A stretch of 39,798 bases of DNA from Candidatus Levyibacteriota bacterium (GTDB taxonomy: Bacteria; Patescibacteriota; Microgenomatia; Levybacterales; UBA12049), in NCBI GenBank assembly GCA_016182425.1, contig JACPGP010000033.1:1-39798 (forward strand), written 5' to 3'. Every line of letters begins with the position of its first letter. Positions within the stretch are counted from its first letter, which is position 1. Shown here piece by piece: positions 26,940 to 35,519 of the stretch. Position numbers and translations under genes: made by a program. The notes under the pieces were generated by a model, which was not told the DNA's origin, ran no database searches, and worked only from the letters and a program-made list of their open reading frames with translations.

Positions 26940-28679
26940 ATGGTTGATATTGCGTGGATAATTGGAGGCGAAGCAGGATATGGAATCATGACAACGGGTC
27001 TGATGATGTCGAAAATTATGACCCGACTTGGCCTTTTTGTATTTGACTATGTTGAGTATCCTTCTTTAATTCGCGGTGGACACAATGCATATTATGTTAG
27101 AGCATCGGATGAGCAAATTTTTTCGCAAAAAAGACCGGTTGATATTTTAGTTGCACTAAACCGCGAAACAATTGACAAGCATAAAACAGAACTTTCTTCA
27201 AACGCTGCCATTTTATACGACCCCAATGTTACAAAAGTAGAGCAAAATGAATTTTCTTCCTCTATTCTTTTGGTTCCTGTACCACTTCTTGAGATTACCA
27301 AACAAGTGGGAGCTGACAGGCTAATGATTAATACTGTGGCAGTCGGGGCTAGCCTTGCTTTATTTTATAATGACTACCAAGTGTTACAAGATATACTGCA
27401 AAGTATTTTTGGAAGGAAGGGAGAAAAAGTTGTGGCAGTAAATGTGAATACATCAAAAGCAGGATTTGATTATGTTGCCAAAAACTTTGCGGGAAAGTCG
27501 CCATGGAAAGCTGAAAAAAAGCCACAAGAAAATCTTCTTGTTGGGGGAGCAGAGGCAGCCGCCATTGGAGCAATAAGGGCTGGAGTAAAATTTGCGGCAA
27601 TTTACCCAATGACACCAATAAATGGAGTATTAAATACTCTTTCAGCGCATGCGTTAAAGTACAATATTGTTGTTAAAGAGCCGGAAGATGAGATCGCAGG
27701 AATAAATATGGCAATTGGAGCTTCATATGCTGGAGTTAGGAGTCTTGCGGCAACAAGTGGTGGTGGATTTTCGTTGATGGTTGAAGGTTTAGGACTATCA
27801 GCCCAGACAGAAGTGCCACTGGTTGTTATTGAAGGAATGCGGCCAGGGCCTGCAACTGGTTTTCCCACCTGGACAGCACAGGGAGATTTGCGGTTTGTGA
27901 TGCATGCGGCACAAGATGATTTTCCAAGAATTGTGGTGGCGCCAGGTGATTTTTTGGAAGCATTTACTTATACGATGGAAGCATTTAATTTGGCAGAAAA
28001 ATATCAGTTATTAGTTATCGTGCTGGTTGATAAGTATTTAATGGAGGGACACGCTTCGGTTACAACAGAAAAATTCAAAATTCAAAATGCAAAATTCAAA
28101 ATTGAGAGAGGAAAGATACTCTCTGATCAGGAGGCAGCGGCACAGACGGATTACAAACGTTATGCGTTTGTTGAGGATGGAGTGTCTCCTCGTTCAATCC
28201 CAGGACAGCAAGGAGGTATTGGGCTTTCGGGTTCTGACGAGCACGACGAGCGGGGTCTGTATAACGAAGAGGCAGACAACAGAGTAAAAATGATGGATAA
28301 ACGATTTAAGAAGTTAGAGGAAGCAATAAAGGAAATTCCAGCACCCGCATTCTACGGAGAAAAAGAAGCGCCCATCACTATTGTCGGGTTTGGCTCAACA
28401 AAACTGCCTGTACTTGAAGCGATGAGATGGTTGAAAAAAGAGGGAGTTAATATTAATTTTTTTCAGGTAGCATTCCTTCACCCATTTCCTGTCGATGCAG
28501 TGGCACAAACAATTAAAAATGCTAAAAAAACGCTTGTTATCGAAGGAAATAAAACAGGGCAGTTTGAAGGTTTAATTCGCGAGCGAACTGGACTATCTAT
28601 TAATCACAATTTTAGAAAGTACGATGGCAGACCATTTTATCCGGAAGAAATTGTGCAAAAAGTAAAGGAACTTTTATGA
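26940..28679 (+). CDS. korA: 2-oxoacid:ferredoxin oxidoreductase alpha subunit (with fused gamma domain)
   Basis: IGGEAGYG, YPSLIRGGHN, YPMTP, EDEIAG, ATSGGGFSLM, MRPGPATG. Confidence 0.93.
   Translation: MVDIAWIIGGEAGYGIMTTGLMMSKIMTRLGLFVFDYVEYPSLIRGGHNAYYVRASDEQIFSQKRPVDILVALNRETIDKHKTELSSNAAILYDPNVTKVEQNEFSSSILLVPVPLLEITKQVGADRLMINTVAVGASLALFYNDYQVLQDILQSIFGRKGEKVVAVNVNTSKAGFDYVAKNFAGKSPWKAEKKPQENLLVGGAEAAAIGAIRAGVKFAAIYPMTPINGVLNTLSAHALKYNIVVKEPEDEIAGINMAIGASYAGVRSLAATSGGGFSLMVEGLGLSAQTEVPLVVIEGMRPGPATGFPTWTAQGDLRFVMHAAQDDFPRIVVAPGDFLEAFTYTMEAFNLAEKYQLLVIVLVDKYLMEGHASVTTEKFKIQNAKFKIERGKILSDQEAAAQTDYKRYAFVEDGVSPRSIPGQQGGIGLSGSDEHDERGLYNEEADNRVKMMDKRFKKLEEAIKEIPAPAFYGEKEAPITIVGFGSTKLPVLEAMRWLKKEGVNINFFQVAFLHPFPVDAVAQTIKNAKKTLVIEGNKTGQFEGLIRERTGLSINHNFRKYDGRPFYPEEIVQKVKELL
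28070..28104 (+). repeat. Five heptamer units (AAAATTC-type) inside korA
   Basis: aaaattc aaaattc aaaatgc aaaattc aaaattg, encoding KFKIQNAKFKI. Confidence 0.85.
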
Positions 28680-29566
28680 CAACACTTAAAGATTTAGAGA
28701 TAACTTATGATAAGCCAAACTGGTGTCCGGGGTGTGGCGATATAGGCGTTTGGGTATCGTTGAAAAATGCCATTGTGCAATTAAATCTTAATCCTTGGGA
28801 AGTGGTACTTGTGTCTGGCATTGGGTGCTCGGGAAAACTTCCCTACTGGGTCAAGACTTATGGATTTAATGGTTTACATGGAAGGCCAATGCCGCCTGCA
28901 GAAGCAATTTCCCTTGTCAATCACGGATTAACAGTTATTGTGATTGGCGGTGATGGTGATCAGTATGGAGAAGGCATGGGTCATTTAGTACATGCAGCGC
29001 GTCGAAATGTAAACCTAACACTTCTTGTTCACAATAACCAAATTTATGGTTTAACAACCGGTCAGTATTCACCTACCACCGATATTGGCGAAAAGAATAA
29101 AGCAACGCCTGTACCAACTGTTGAATCACCAGTAAATCCAATTTCTGTGGCGCTTGCTGCTGGCGCAACATTTGTTGGAAGGGGTTTTGCAGGAGACAAC
29201 AAACAAGAAACAGAGCTTTTAGTTTCGGCAATAAAACACAAGGGGTTTTCGATAATTGACACTATGCAGCCATGTGTGACGTTTAACCATAAAAATACCT
29301 TTGCATGGTTTTATGAACGAGTATACAAACTTGAGGCAGAAGGGCATGATCCAAAAGACAAAGCAAAAGCCTTCGCAAGAGCCGAGGAGTGGCCATTGAA
29401 ACGTATGTTAAAAGAAGGGGAGAAAGAGCGTATTGCAACAGGAATTTTTTATAGAGAAGAAAGACCGACATGGCAAGATGGTATTCCCCAAATTGGGGAA
29501 ACCCCACTTGTTAAGCAGCCAATTGATAACGTTGATATTACTCCAATTTTAGATGAGTTAGTCTAA
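28676..29566 (+). CDS. korB: 2-oxoacid:ferredoxin oxidoreductase beta subunit (TPP-binding)
   Basis: WCPGCG, SGIGCSG, HGR, GGDGD, NNQIYGLTTGQYSPT. Confidence 0.93.
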   Translation: MTTLKDLEITYDKPNWCPGCGDIGVWVSLKNAIVQLNLNPWEVVLVSGIGCSGKLPYWVKTYGFNGLHGRPMPPAEAISLVNHGLTVIVIGGDGDQYGEGMGHLVHAARRNVNLTLLVHNNQIYGLTTGQYSPTTDIGEKNKATPVPTVESPVNPISVALAAGATFVGRGFAGDNKQETELLVSAIKHKGFSIIDTMQPCVTFNHKNTFAWFYERVYKLEAEGHDPKDKAKAFARAEEWPLKRMLKEGEKERIATGIFYREERPTWQDGIPQIGETPLVKQPIDNVDITPILDELV

Positions 29567-29571
29567 GAAGC

Positions 29572-29605
29572 AAAACCCCCACGGTGCGAACCTTTTGGGG
29601 GTTTT
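29572..29605. terminator. Likely bidirectional intrinsic terminator
   Basis: AAAACCCCC...GGGGGTTTT 9-bp stem with an inner GGT-GCGA-ACC hairpin, between convergent genes. Confidence 0.7.
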
Positions 29606-29635
29606 CTTGTGTTCGTAAATACTAGAAAGGTTTAC

Positions 29636-29776
29636 TTATCCACCAATCTTGTACATGCCAGTTCCACAGACTGGACATTTACCTTTGAGTGCTGGTTTGC
29701 CATTCTTCATGGTAACTTTCTGAGCATTTGGATCATCTCTCTTGCTGCGACATTTTACACAATACATCGATGCCAT
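29636..29776 (-). CDS. 46-aa zinc-ribbon protein (DUF5679-like), absent from the ORF track
   Basis: MASMYCVKCRSKRDDPNAQKVTMKNGKPALKGKCPVCGTGMYKIGG*; strong GGGGGTGA SD. Confidence 0.85.
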   Translation of the reverse strand: MASMYCVKCRSKRDDPNAQKVTMKNGKPALKGKCPVCGTGMYKIGG

Positions 29777-29798
29777 ATTTTTTATTCACCCCCTTTCG

Positions 29799-30074
29799 TT
29801 AGTAAGCTAGATTGGGAATCTTAATGATATGAGTTTTTAAGAAATAAAACAGGAAAAATTCACCTACAATAATACCTGTAGTCAGGATGGAGGTTTTTAT
29901 AAGATCATACATAAGATATGAGTATGGGCGACTTGTTGTTATTGCCATCGATTGTTGGGGCACATATGTCGAAGTGCTTAAAGTAGAAAAGGTTTGAGCC
30001 TGCTTTTGGAACTGTAGTTTTCGATGCAAATCCGCCAGCATTTTTTCTTTACGAGTTTTTTTGTGCTTATTCAT
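29799..30074 (-). CDS. Hypothetical protein, basic N-terminus and C-terminal TM helix
   Basis: 91-aa ORF downstream of a divergent promoter. Confidence 0.65.
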   Translation of the reverse strand: MNKHKKTRKEKMLADLHRKLQFQKQAQTFSTLSTSTYVPQQSMAITTSRPYSYLMYDLIKTSILTTGIIVGEFFLFYFLKTHIIKIPNLAY

Positions 30075-30096
30075 AGAATAGGCAAAGATTACACTA

Positions 30097-30115
30097 TTGA
30101 CAGAAGTATTGTCAA
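30097..30115. promoter_or_regulatory. Back-to-back -35 boxes of divergent promoters
   Basis: TTGACA-N7-TGTCAA. Each -35 has a TAnnnT hexamer at 18 nt (TAATAT on +, TAATCT on -). Confidence 0.55.
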
Positions 30116-30136
30116 GAGGCTAATATAAGAGTAGAT

Positions 30137-30604
30137 ATGGTATTCAGTTTCGAGCTGGTGGGGCTTATTGTTAGTATTCTTTGGTTAATTTTTCTTACCA
30201 CACTTTTATGGCAACTTTCTTCTCACTATAATAATTTAACCCGGGGCATAAGCCAGAAAACACTCAAATCAATTCTAGATCATGTTTTAACAGGAATAGA
30301 AGCAGCGGATAAAAGCATAGTGTCTTTGAAAGCCAGATGTGATAAGCTAGAAAAAGATGGATTGTTTCATATTCAAAAAATTGGACTCTTGCGATTTAAC
30401 CCTTTCAAAGATACAGGAGGAGATCAAAGTTTTATTCTTTCTCTTATAGACGCGAATGATACTGGAATTATTATTACCGGTCTATATTCTCGCTCCGGCA
30501 CACGCTGGTATGCCAAAAAAGTGGAAAATGGAAAAGGGATAGAACACGAGTTGTCAGATGAGGAAAAAAAGGCGATAAAAGAGGCAAAAAGCAGCAATGG
30601 ATAA
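30137..30604 (+). CDS. DUF4446-family protein
   Basis: N-terminal TM helix; QKIGLLRFNPFKDTGGDQSFILSLID...GIIITGLYSR. Confidence 0.85.
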   Translation: MVFSFELVGLIVSILWLIFLTTLLWQLSSHYNNLTRGISQKTLKSILDHVLTGIEAADKSIVSLKARCDKLEKDGLFHIQKIGLLRFNPFKDTGGDQSFILSLIDANDTGIIITGLYSRSGTRWYAKKVENGKGIEHELSDEEKKAIKEAKSSNG

Positions 30605-31760
30605 AAAAATTATAAAACTTATCATCATCGGGCTTGCCATCTACTTATTTTCAGCAGGAGCATCGTATCTGTTTTTTGCTCGTACTGCGGCATTTAATGA
30701 ACTTATTACTCCTCAGGTTCCGACGACCAAAAATGGAGAAGGTGCCGCATTTGATGATACACTTCCCAAAACGGAAGAGTGCCCAATAAATGGCGTTTTG
30801 TATTCGACAAAACAGCGCGAATGGTGGGAAAAGCACAGGCCGCTTACTGTTATGATTGAAAATCACGAAGATTCTCGGCCTCAGTCAGGGCTTTTGTCTG
30901 CTGATGTTGTTTACGAAGCTGTCGCCGAAGGGGGTATTACGCGTTTTTTGGCAGTTTATTACTGTCAGGATGCCAATCCAATCGGACCGGTACGATCGGC
31001 CAGGACCTATTTTATTGACTTTGCCTCCGAGTATGGAGATGCTCCGCTTTACGCTCACGTGGGAGGAGCAAACGCGCCAGGACCCGCCGACGCGCTATCG
31101 CAGTTGTCGGACTATGGATGGATCGGCTATAATGACTTAAACCAGTTTTCTATTGGTTTCCCCACATTCTGGCGGGATTACGATCGGTTAGGTCACACTA
31201 CAGCCACAGAACATACCATGTATTCGACAACCACCAAATTGTGGGATTTCGCCAAAAAATCGCGAGCACTAGCAAATGTTGACAAAGAAGGAAATCCCTG
31301 GGATAAAAAATTTGTGAAGTATTCCTTTAGGGACGACCAGGCAACAGGCATGGCGAATCAGACAATTCATCTTGAGTTTTGGAAGGATTACAAAGATTAT
31401 TTTGTGGATTGGATATACGATAAAGCAACCAATAGCTATAAAAGAAGCAATGGTGGTGCTTACCATATTGACAACAATACAAAAAAGCAGTTGACAACCA
31501 AAAATATTGTTGTATTATTCATGCAGGAGAGCAATGCCCTTGATGGCTATGAGGATAATATACATCTTCTTTACAGGACAAAGGGTACGGGTAAAGCAAA
31601 CATTTTTATGGACGGAAAACAAATTGTCGGTACATGGAGAAAAGACGGACGCACAGGAAGAACGCTTTTGTTTGATAACGCCGGTTCGCCGATAAAGCTT
31701 AATAGAGGAACCATTTGGTTTGAAATCCTGCCCACAACTGGAGTAGTAACATTAAAATAG
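30597..31760 (+). CDS. DUF3048-family membrane-anchored protein
   Basis: RPL.VMIENH..SRPQSGL..ADVVYE..AEGGITRF, GPVRSARTYF. Confidence 0.88.
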   Translation: MDKKIIKLIIIGLAIYLFSAGASYLFFARTAAFNELITPQVPTTKNGEGAAFDDTLPKTEECPINGVLYSTKQREWWEKHRPLTVMIENHEDSRPQSGLLSADVVYEAVAEGGITRFLAVYYCQDANPIGPVRSARTYFIDFASEYGDAPLYAHVGGANAPGPADALSQLSDYGWIGYNDLNQFSIGFPTFWRDYDRLGHTTATEHTMYSTTTKLWDFAKKSRALANVDKEGNPWDKKFVKYSFRDDQATGMANQTIHLEFWKDYKDYFVDWIYDKATNSYKRSNGGAYHIDNNTKKQLTTKNIVVLFMQESNALDGYEDNIHLLYRTKGTGKANIFMDGKQIVGTWRKDGRTGRTLLFDNAGSPIKLNRGTIWFEILPTTGVVTLK

Positions 31761-31770
31761 AAAGGCAGGT

Positions 31771-32346
31771 ATGTTAGGAGATTTAATCACATCAAAATCG
31801 CGGGTGACGTTAATTTCGGTTTTTCTTTTGTCTCCCTTCGATATGTTTCACGTACGGGAACTCGTTCGTCGAACAGGCGATGAGATTAATGCGGTGCGGC
31901 GGGAGCTTGCTTTTTTGGAGAAAAAGGGTATCTTAGTAAGAGAACCGCGCGCGAATAGAATCTATTATTCGTTAGCAAAAAATTATCCGTTTTATTATGA
32001 TTTGTTGGCGATTGGTGCCAAGATCATGGGTTTGGGATCTGAAATCTTAAAGAATCGGACAAAGCTTGGGAGAGTGAAATATGCCATGTTTTCGGGGGGA
32101 TTCGTGCGAAAAGTCAAAAAAGAGCAGGAGAGCGTTGACCTTTTAATAGTAGGTACGGTTGTCCTACCGGAACTTGCGCTTTTGGTGAAAGACGAAGAGA
32201 AGCGGATAGGCCGAGAAATCAACTATACGGTTATGTCGGAAGATGAATTTCATTTTAGGAAAAAGCGTAGCGATCCATTTATTCTTTCGATCCTTCATGG
32301 ATCGAGATTAATGCTGATTGGGGATGAGCAACAAATGTTGTCATAA
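31771..32346 (+). CDS. Winged-helix protein with a degenerate nucleotidyltransferase-like C-domain
   Basis: SKSRV.L, HVRELVR, INAVRREL..L..KGIL (wHTH); SVDLLIVG...GREINYTVMS..EF. Confidence 0.75.
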   Translation: MLGDLITSKSRVTLISVFLLSPFDMFHVRELVRRTGDEINAVRRELAFLEKKGILVREPRANRIYYSLAKNYPFYYDLLAIGAKIMGLGSEILKNRTKLGRVKYAMFSGGFVRKVKKEQESVDLLIVGTVVLPELALLVKDEEKRIGREINYTVMSEDEFHFRKKRSDPFILSILHGSRLMLIGDEQQMLS

Positions 32347-32352
32347 TGCTTC

Positions 32353-33672
32353 ATGAAAAATCCACGAGTTCTTTTTTGGCTCATTATTATTTTAACCATT
32401 ATTGCTATTTTTATCGATTTACCATTTCTTTCTTCACCAAACTTTTTTATTGGATCCTTTCATGTACAGAGAGATTTTTCCATACGGCGCGGATTAGATT
32501 TGGCTGGCGGGGTAAGTATTATCTATAAAGCGCATGTTGACAGTCTGCCATCCGATCAACAAAAAGATGCGCTTATTGCGGCAAAAACTGTTATTGAGCG
32601 CCGAATTAACTTCTTTGGTGTCTCCGAACCGGTCGTTCAGACAGCAACAGTTAATAATGAGGAAAGAATTATTGTGGAGATTCCAGGAATTTCTGATGTT
32701 GATTCGGCAATTAATCTTATTGGCACCACAGCTCAATTAACATTTTGGGAAGAAGGTGCGACCGAATCAGCCCGCCTGCAGTCGCCTGAGGCGACAGCTG
32801 ATGGCGGGCAGGCTAAACTTGCCACCCCTTCGGCATTACCTGTTGGTTTTACTCAAAAAACAGACTTAAGCGGAAAAGATTTACAAAAAGCCGGAGTAAC
32901 ATTTAATCCCAATACAGGTGTACCAGAGGTATCACTTGTTTTCAACAGTGATGGAGGAAAAAAATTTGCCGATATTACAACCAGAAACGTGGGAAAGCCA
33001 GTAGCGATAGTTTTGGATAATCAAATTATCTCGGCCCCGAAAGTAAATACGGCAATTACAGATGGTAATGCTGTTATTACCGGTGGGTTTACCACAGAAC
33101 AGGCAAAAAATTTAAGTATTCAATTAAACGCTGGTGCGCTTCCTGTTACGCTTTCTATCCTTGAACAAAAAACAGTTGGTCCAACACTAGGAGAGACCTC
33201 GCTTAAGACGAGTCTTTTTGCAGGAGGAATTGGTTTTATGGTGATAGTTTTGTTTATGAGTATTTTGTATGGAAGATTTGGCATGATTGCAAGTGCGGCG
33301 CTTGTTTTGTATACACTTTTTGTTTTAGCTATTTTTAAGGCAATTCCAATTACTTTAACGCTTGCTGGAATTGCAGGGTTTATCTTATCTATTGGTATGG
33401 CCGTTGATGCCAATATTCTTATTTTTGAACGAATGAGGGAGGAGTTAAGACACGGTAGAAATCTGCCTGTTTCCTTAGAGCTTGGGTTTGTCAGAGCATG
33501 GAGTTCGATTCGTGACTCCAATATTTCAAGTCTTATTACCAGTTTTATTTTGTACTATTTTGGGACAGGAATTGTTAAAAATTTTGCTCTCACTTTGGCT
33601 ATTGGTGTTTTGGTTTCGATGTTTTCGGCAATTGTTGTTACAAGAACATTTTTAAGACTAGTTTATAAGTAA
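32353..33672 (+). CDS. secD: Protein translocase subunit SecD
   Basis: GLDLAGG, IERRIN.FGVSEP, IIVEIPG, LNAGALP, GMAVDANILIFER. Confidence 0.96.
   Translation: MKNPRVLFWLIIILTIIAIFIDLPFLSSPNFFIGSFHVQRDFSIRRGLDLAGGVSIIYKAHVDSLPSDQQKDALIAAKTVIERRINFFGVSEPVVQTATVNNEERIIVEIPGISDVDSAINLIGTTAQLTFWEEGATESARLQSPEATADGGQAKLATPSALPVGFTQKTDLSGKDLQKAGVTFNPNTGVPEVSLVFNSDGGKKFADITTRNVGKPVAIVLDNQIISAPKVNTAITDGNAVITGGFTTEQAKNLSIQLNAGALPVTLSILEQKTVGPTLGETSLKTSLFAGGIGFMVIVLFMSILYGRFGMIASAALVLYTLFVLAIFKAIPITLTLAGIAGFILSIGMAVDANILIFERMREELRHGRNLPVSLELGFVRAWSSIRDSNISSLITSFILYYFGTGIVKNFALTLAIGVLVSMFSAIVVTRTFLRLVYK
32770..32813. repeat. REP-like palindromic element, copy 4 (inside the secD coding frame)
   Basis: gcccgcctgca-gtcgcc-tga-ggcgac-agctgat-ggcgggcaggc; nested stems; encodes ARLQSPEATADGGQA. 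Confidence 0.75.
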
Positions 33673-33675
33673 ATT

Positions 33676-34560
33676 ATGGATATTGTTGGAAAAAAATATT
33701 GGTATTTTGCCTTCTCGTTTCTGGTAATTATTCCAGGTATTATTTCTTTGCTTCTTTGGGGCTTACGGTTATCAATTGATTTTACCGGAGGAAGCAGATT
33801 TGAATATCAAATATCAAACGGTGAGGTAGAAAAGATTGTAAAAGAGCAAGGGGTTGAGGTAAACTCGGTTGCGCGATCAGGAAGGGATATCTTCATCGTT
33901 CGAACAAAACCGCTAGATCAAAAAGAGCATCAAAAAGTAAAAAATGCTATAGAGAAAAAATTCGAAGGTGCAAAAGAATTGAGTTTTCAAACTATTGGAC
34001 CAACAATTGGACAAGAGACCACTCTTAATGCATTAAAAGCTATTATTATTGCATCTATTCTTATCGTGCTTTATATTTCGTGGTCGTTTCGCAGCGTTCC
34101 AAAACCAGCCAGCAGTTGGCGATTTGGGATTTGCGCGATTGTAGCACTTTTGCATGATGTATTGGTAGTTGTTGGTGTATTTTCTCTGTTTGGCCATTTC
34201 TTACAAGTTGAGGTTGATAGTCTTTTTGTCACGGCTTTACTTACCATTATTGGATTCTCGGTGCACGATACGATTGTGGTGTTTGATCGAATTCGAGAAA
34301 ACTTGCGACGCCTTCCAGGAGTTGCTTTTACAACAGTTGTGAATGATTCAATATTACAGACATTAACTCGATCTCTAAACACATCAATTACAGTTCTCCT
34401 GGTTTTATTTACCATGCTGCTATTTGGGGGAGAAACAATACGCTGGTTTATTGTGGCACTACTTATTGGTATTGCTAGCGGCACATTTTCCTCAATCTTT
34501 AACGCTGCCCCGCTTTTAGTTGTGTGGGAAGAATGGAGCAGGAAAAGAATTAAGATATAA
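33676..34560 (+). CDS. secF: Protein translocase subunit SecF
   Basis: LSIDFTGG, TIGPTIG, LLHDV, GFSVHDTIVVFDRIRE, TLTRSLNTS. Confidence 0.96.
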   Translation: MDIVGKKYWYFAFSFLVIIPGIISLLLWGLRLSIDFTGGSRFEYQISNGEVEKIVKEQGVEVNSVARSGRDIFIVRTKPLDQKEHQKVKNAIEKKFEGAKELSFQTIGPTIGQETTLNALKAIIIASILIVLYISWSFRSVPKPASSWRFGICAIVALLHDVLVVVGVFSLFGHFLQVEVDSLFVTALLTIIGFSVHDTIVVFDRIRENLRRLPGVAFTTVVNDSILQTLTRSLNTSITVLLVLFTMLLFGGETIRWFIVALLIGIASGTFSSIFNAAPLLVVWEEWSRKRIKI

Positions 34561-34669
34561 TGAAAATACAATAGAGATAATTACTGTACATGTAATTTCA
34601 AGTAAAGAAATAAATAATAAGGTGCGTTTAGGAAGGTGGAAAAAGTATGAAGAAAATGAGAAAAACTAA
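34553..34669 (+). pseudogene. 3' remnant of a BrnT/DUF4258-like toxin gene
   Basis: RYNENTIEIITVHVISSKEINNKVRLGRWKKYEENEKN* has no credible start and overlaps the start of the DUF2283 gene, as in toxin-antitoxin pairs. Confidence 0.55.
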
Positions 34670-34883
34670 ACAGAAAGTATATTACGATAAAGAATCAGAT
34701 ATTTTATGGTTTCTTGTAAAAAGTGGCCCAGAAGTTGAGTATAAAGAAATAGCGCCGGGTATAAGTGTTGAACTTGGGGAAAGTGGGGAATTATTGGGTA
34801 TCGAAATCCTTAATGCTTCAAAAGTTTTAAATCCGATTCTTAGTCAAAAGCAGATGCAGATTTCACAAGTGGTAGAGATTTAA
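34647..34883 (+). CDS. DUF2283-family protein (putative antitoxin)
   Basis: YYDKESDILWF...EIAPGISVEL...GELLGIEILNASK. Confidence 0.85.
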   Translation: MKKMRKTKQKVYYDKESDILWFLVKSGPEVEYKEIAPGISVELGESGELLGIEILNASKVLNPILSQKQMQISQVVEI

Positions 34884-35053
34884 GAATTCTTTTAGTTTCA
34901 TTGGTTGTCGCATTGGTAATGAACATCGGAGGATTTTTTAAAGTTACTAATGGCGAACTGTTTTTATACTGGTTATTAAATTTTTTTCTTTGGATTATTT
35001 TGGCGATGGTGGTAATTAGATTGGTAGTTTTGGTATTCAAGAAGGTTTCTTAA
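34880..35053 (+). pseudogene. 5'-truncated or very small 2-TM membrane gene
   Basis: Open frame LRILLVSLVVALVMNIGG...WLLNFFLWIILAMVVIRLVVLVFKKVS*, with no clear start before the first helix. Confidence 0.4.
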
Positions 35054-35065
35054 TTAAGCTAACAA

Positions 35066-35512
35066 TTAGGAAAGTTTCTCTTTTACTATTTTACTAACTA
35101 AACTTCCGTCGGCTTTGCCTTTGGTTTTTGGTATTAAGGCTCCCATCACCTTTCCTATATCGGCAATTGTTGTTGCACCGATTTCGCGGATTGTTTGTTT
35201 GATCTCGCTGATTTCATCCTCAGCCATTTGCGCTGGAAGATATTTTTGCAGCATTTCGAGTTCTTTTGTTTCTTTATCAGCAAGTTCTTGTCTTCCTGCA
35301 GCACTAAATTGTTCGATAGAATCTTTTCTCTGCTTTGCTTCTTTCTGAATAACTGCTAAAACATCTTCGTCTGTTGCGCTGTATCCTGCCCCGCCTTTTT
35401 GGATTTCATAGTAATTTATGGCAGAAAGAAGCAGTCGAAGCACAGAGGTTTTAAGTATGTCTTTTGCCAGCATACTTTGCTTTAATGCTTCTTGTAGTTT
35501 TTGTTTTTGCAT
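35066..35512 (-). CDS. GatB/YqeY domain protein
   Basis: LK.SMLAKD..K.SVLR, KEAKQRKDSIEQF..AGR.ELA.KE..E, DIGKVMG. Confidence 0.92.
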   Translation of the reverse strand: MQKQKLQEALKQSMLAKDILKTSVLRLLLSAINYYEIQKGGAGYSATDEDVLAVIQKEAKQRKDSIEQFSAAGRQELADKETKELEMLQKYLPAQMAEDEISEIKQTIREIGATTIADIGKVMGALIPKTKGKADGSLVSKIVKEKLS

Positions 35513-35519
35513 AAAAGTA

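Noticed and set aside
34840-35040. 66-aa minus-strand ORF
   Set aside because: It is the antisense shadow of a hydrophobic plus-strand frame; its Thr/Asn/Lys bias is typical of such shadows.
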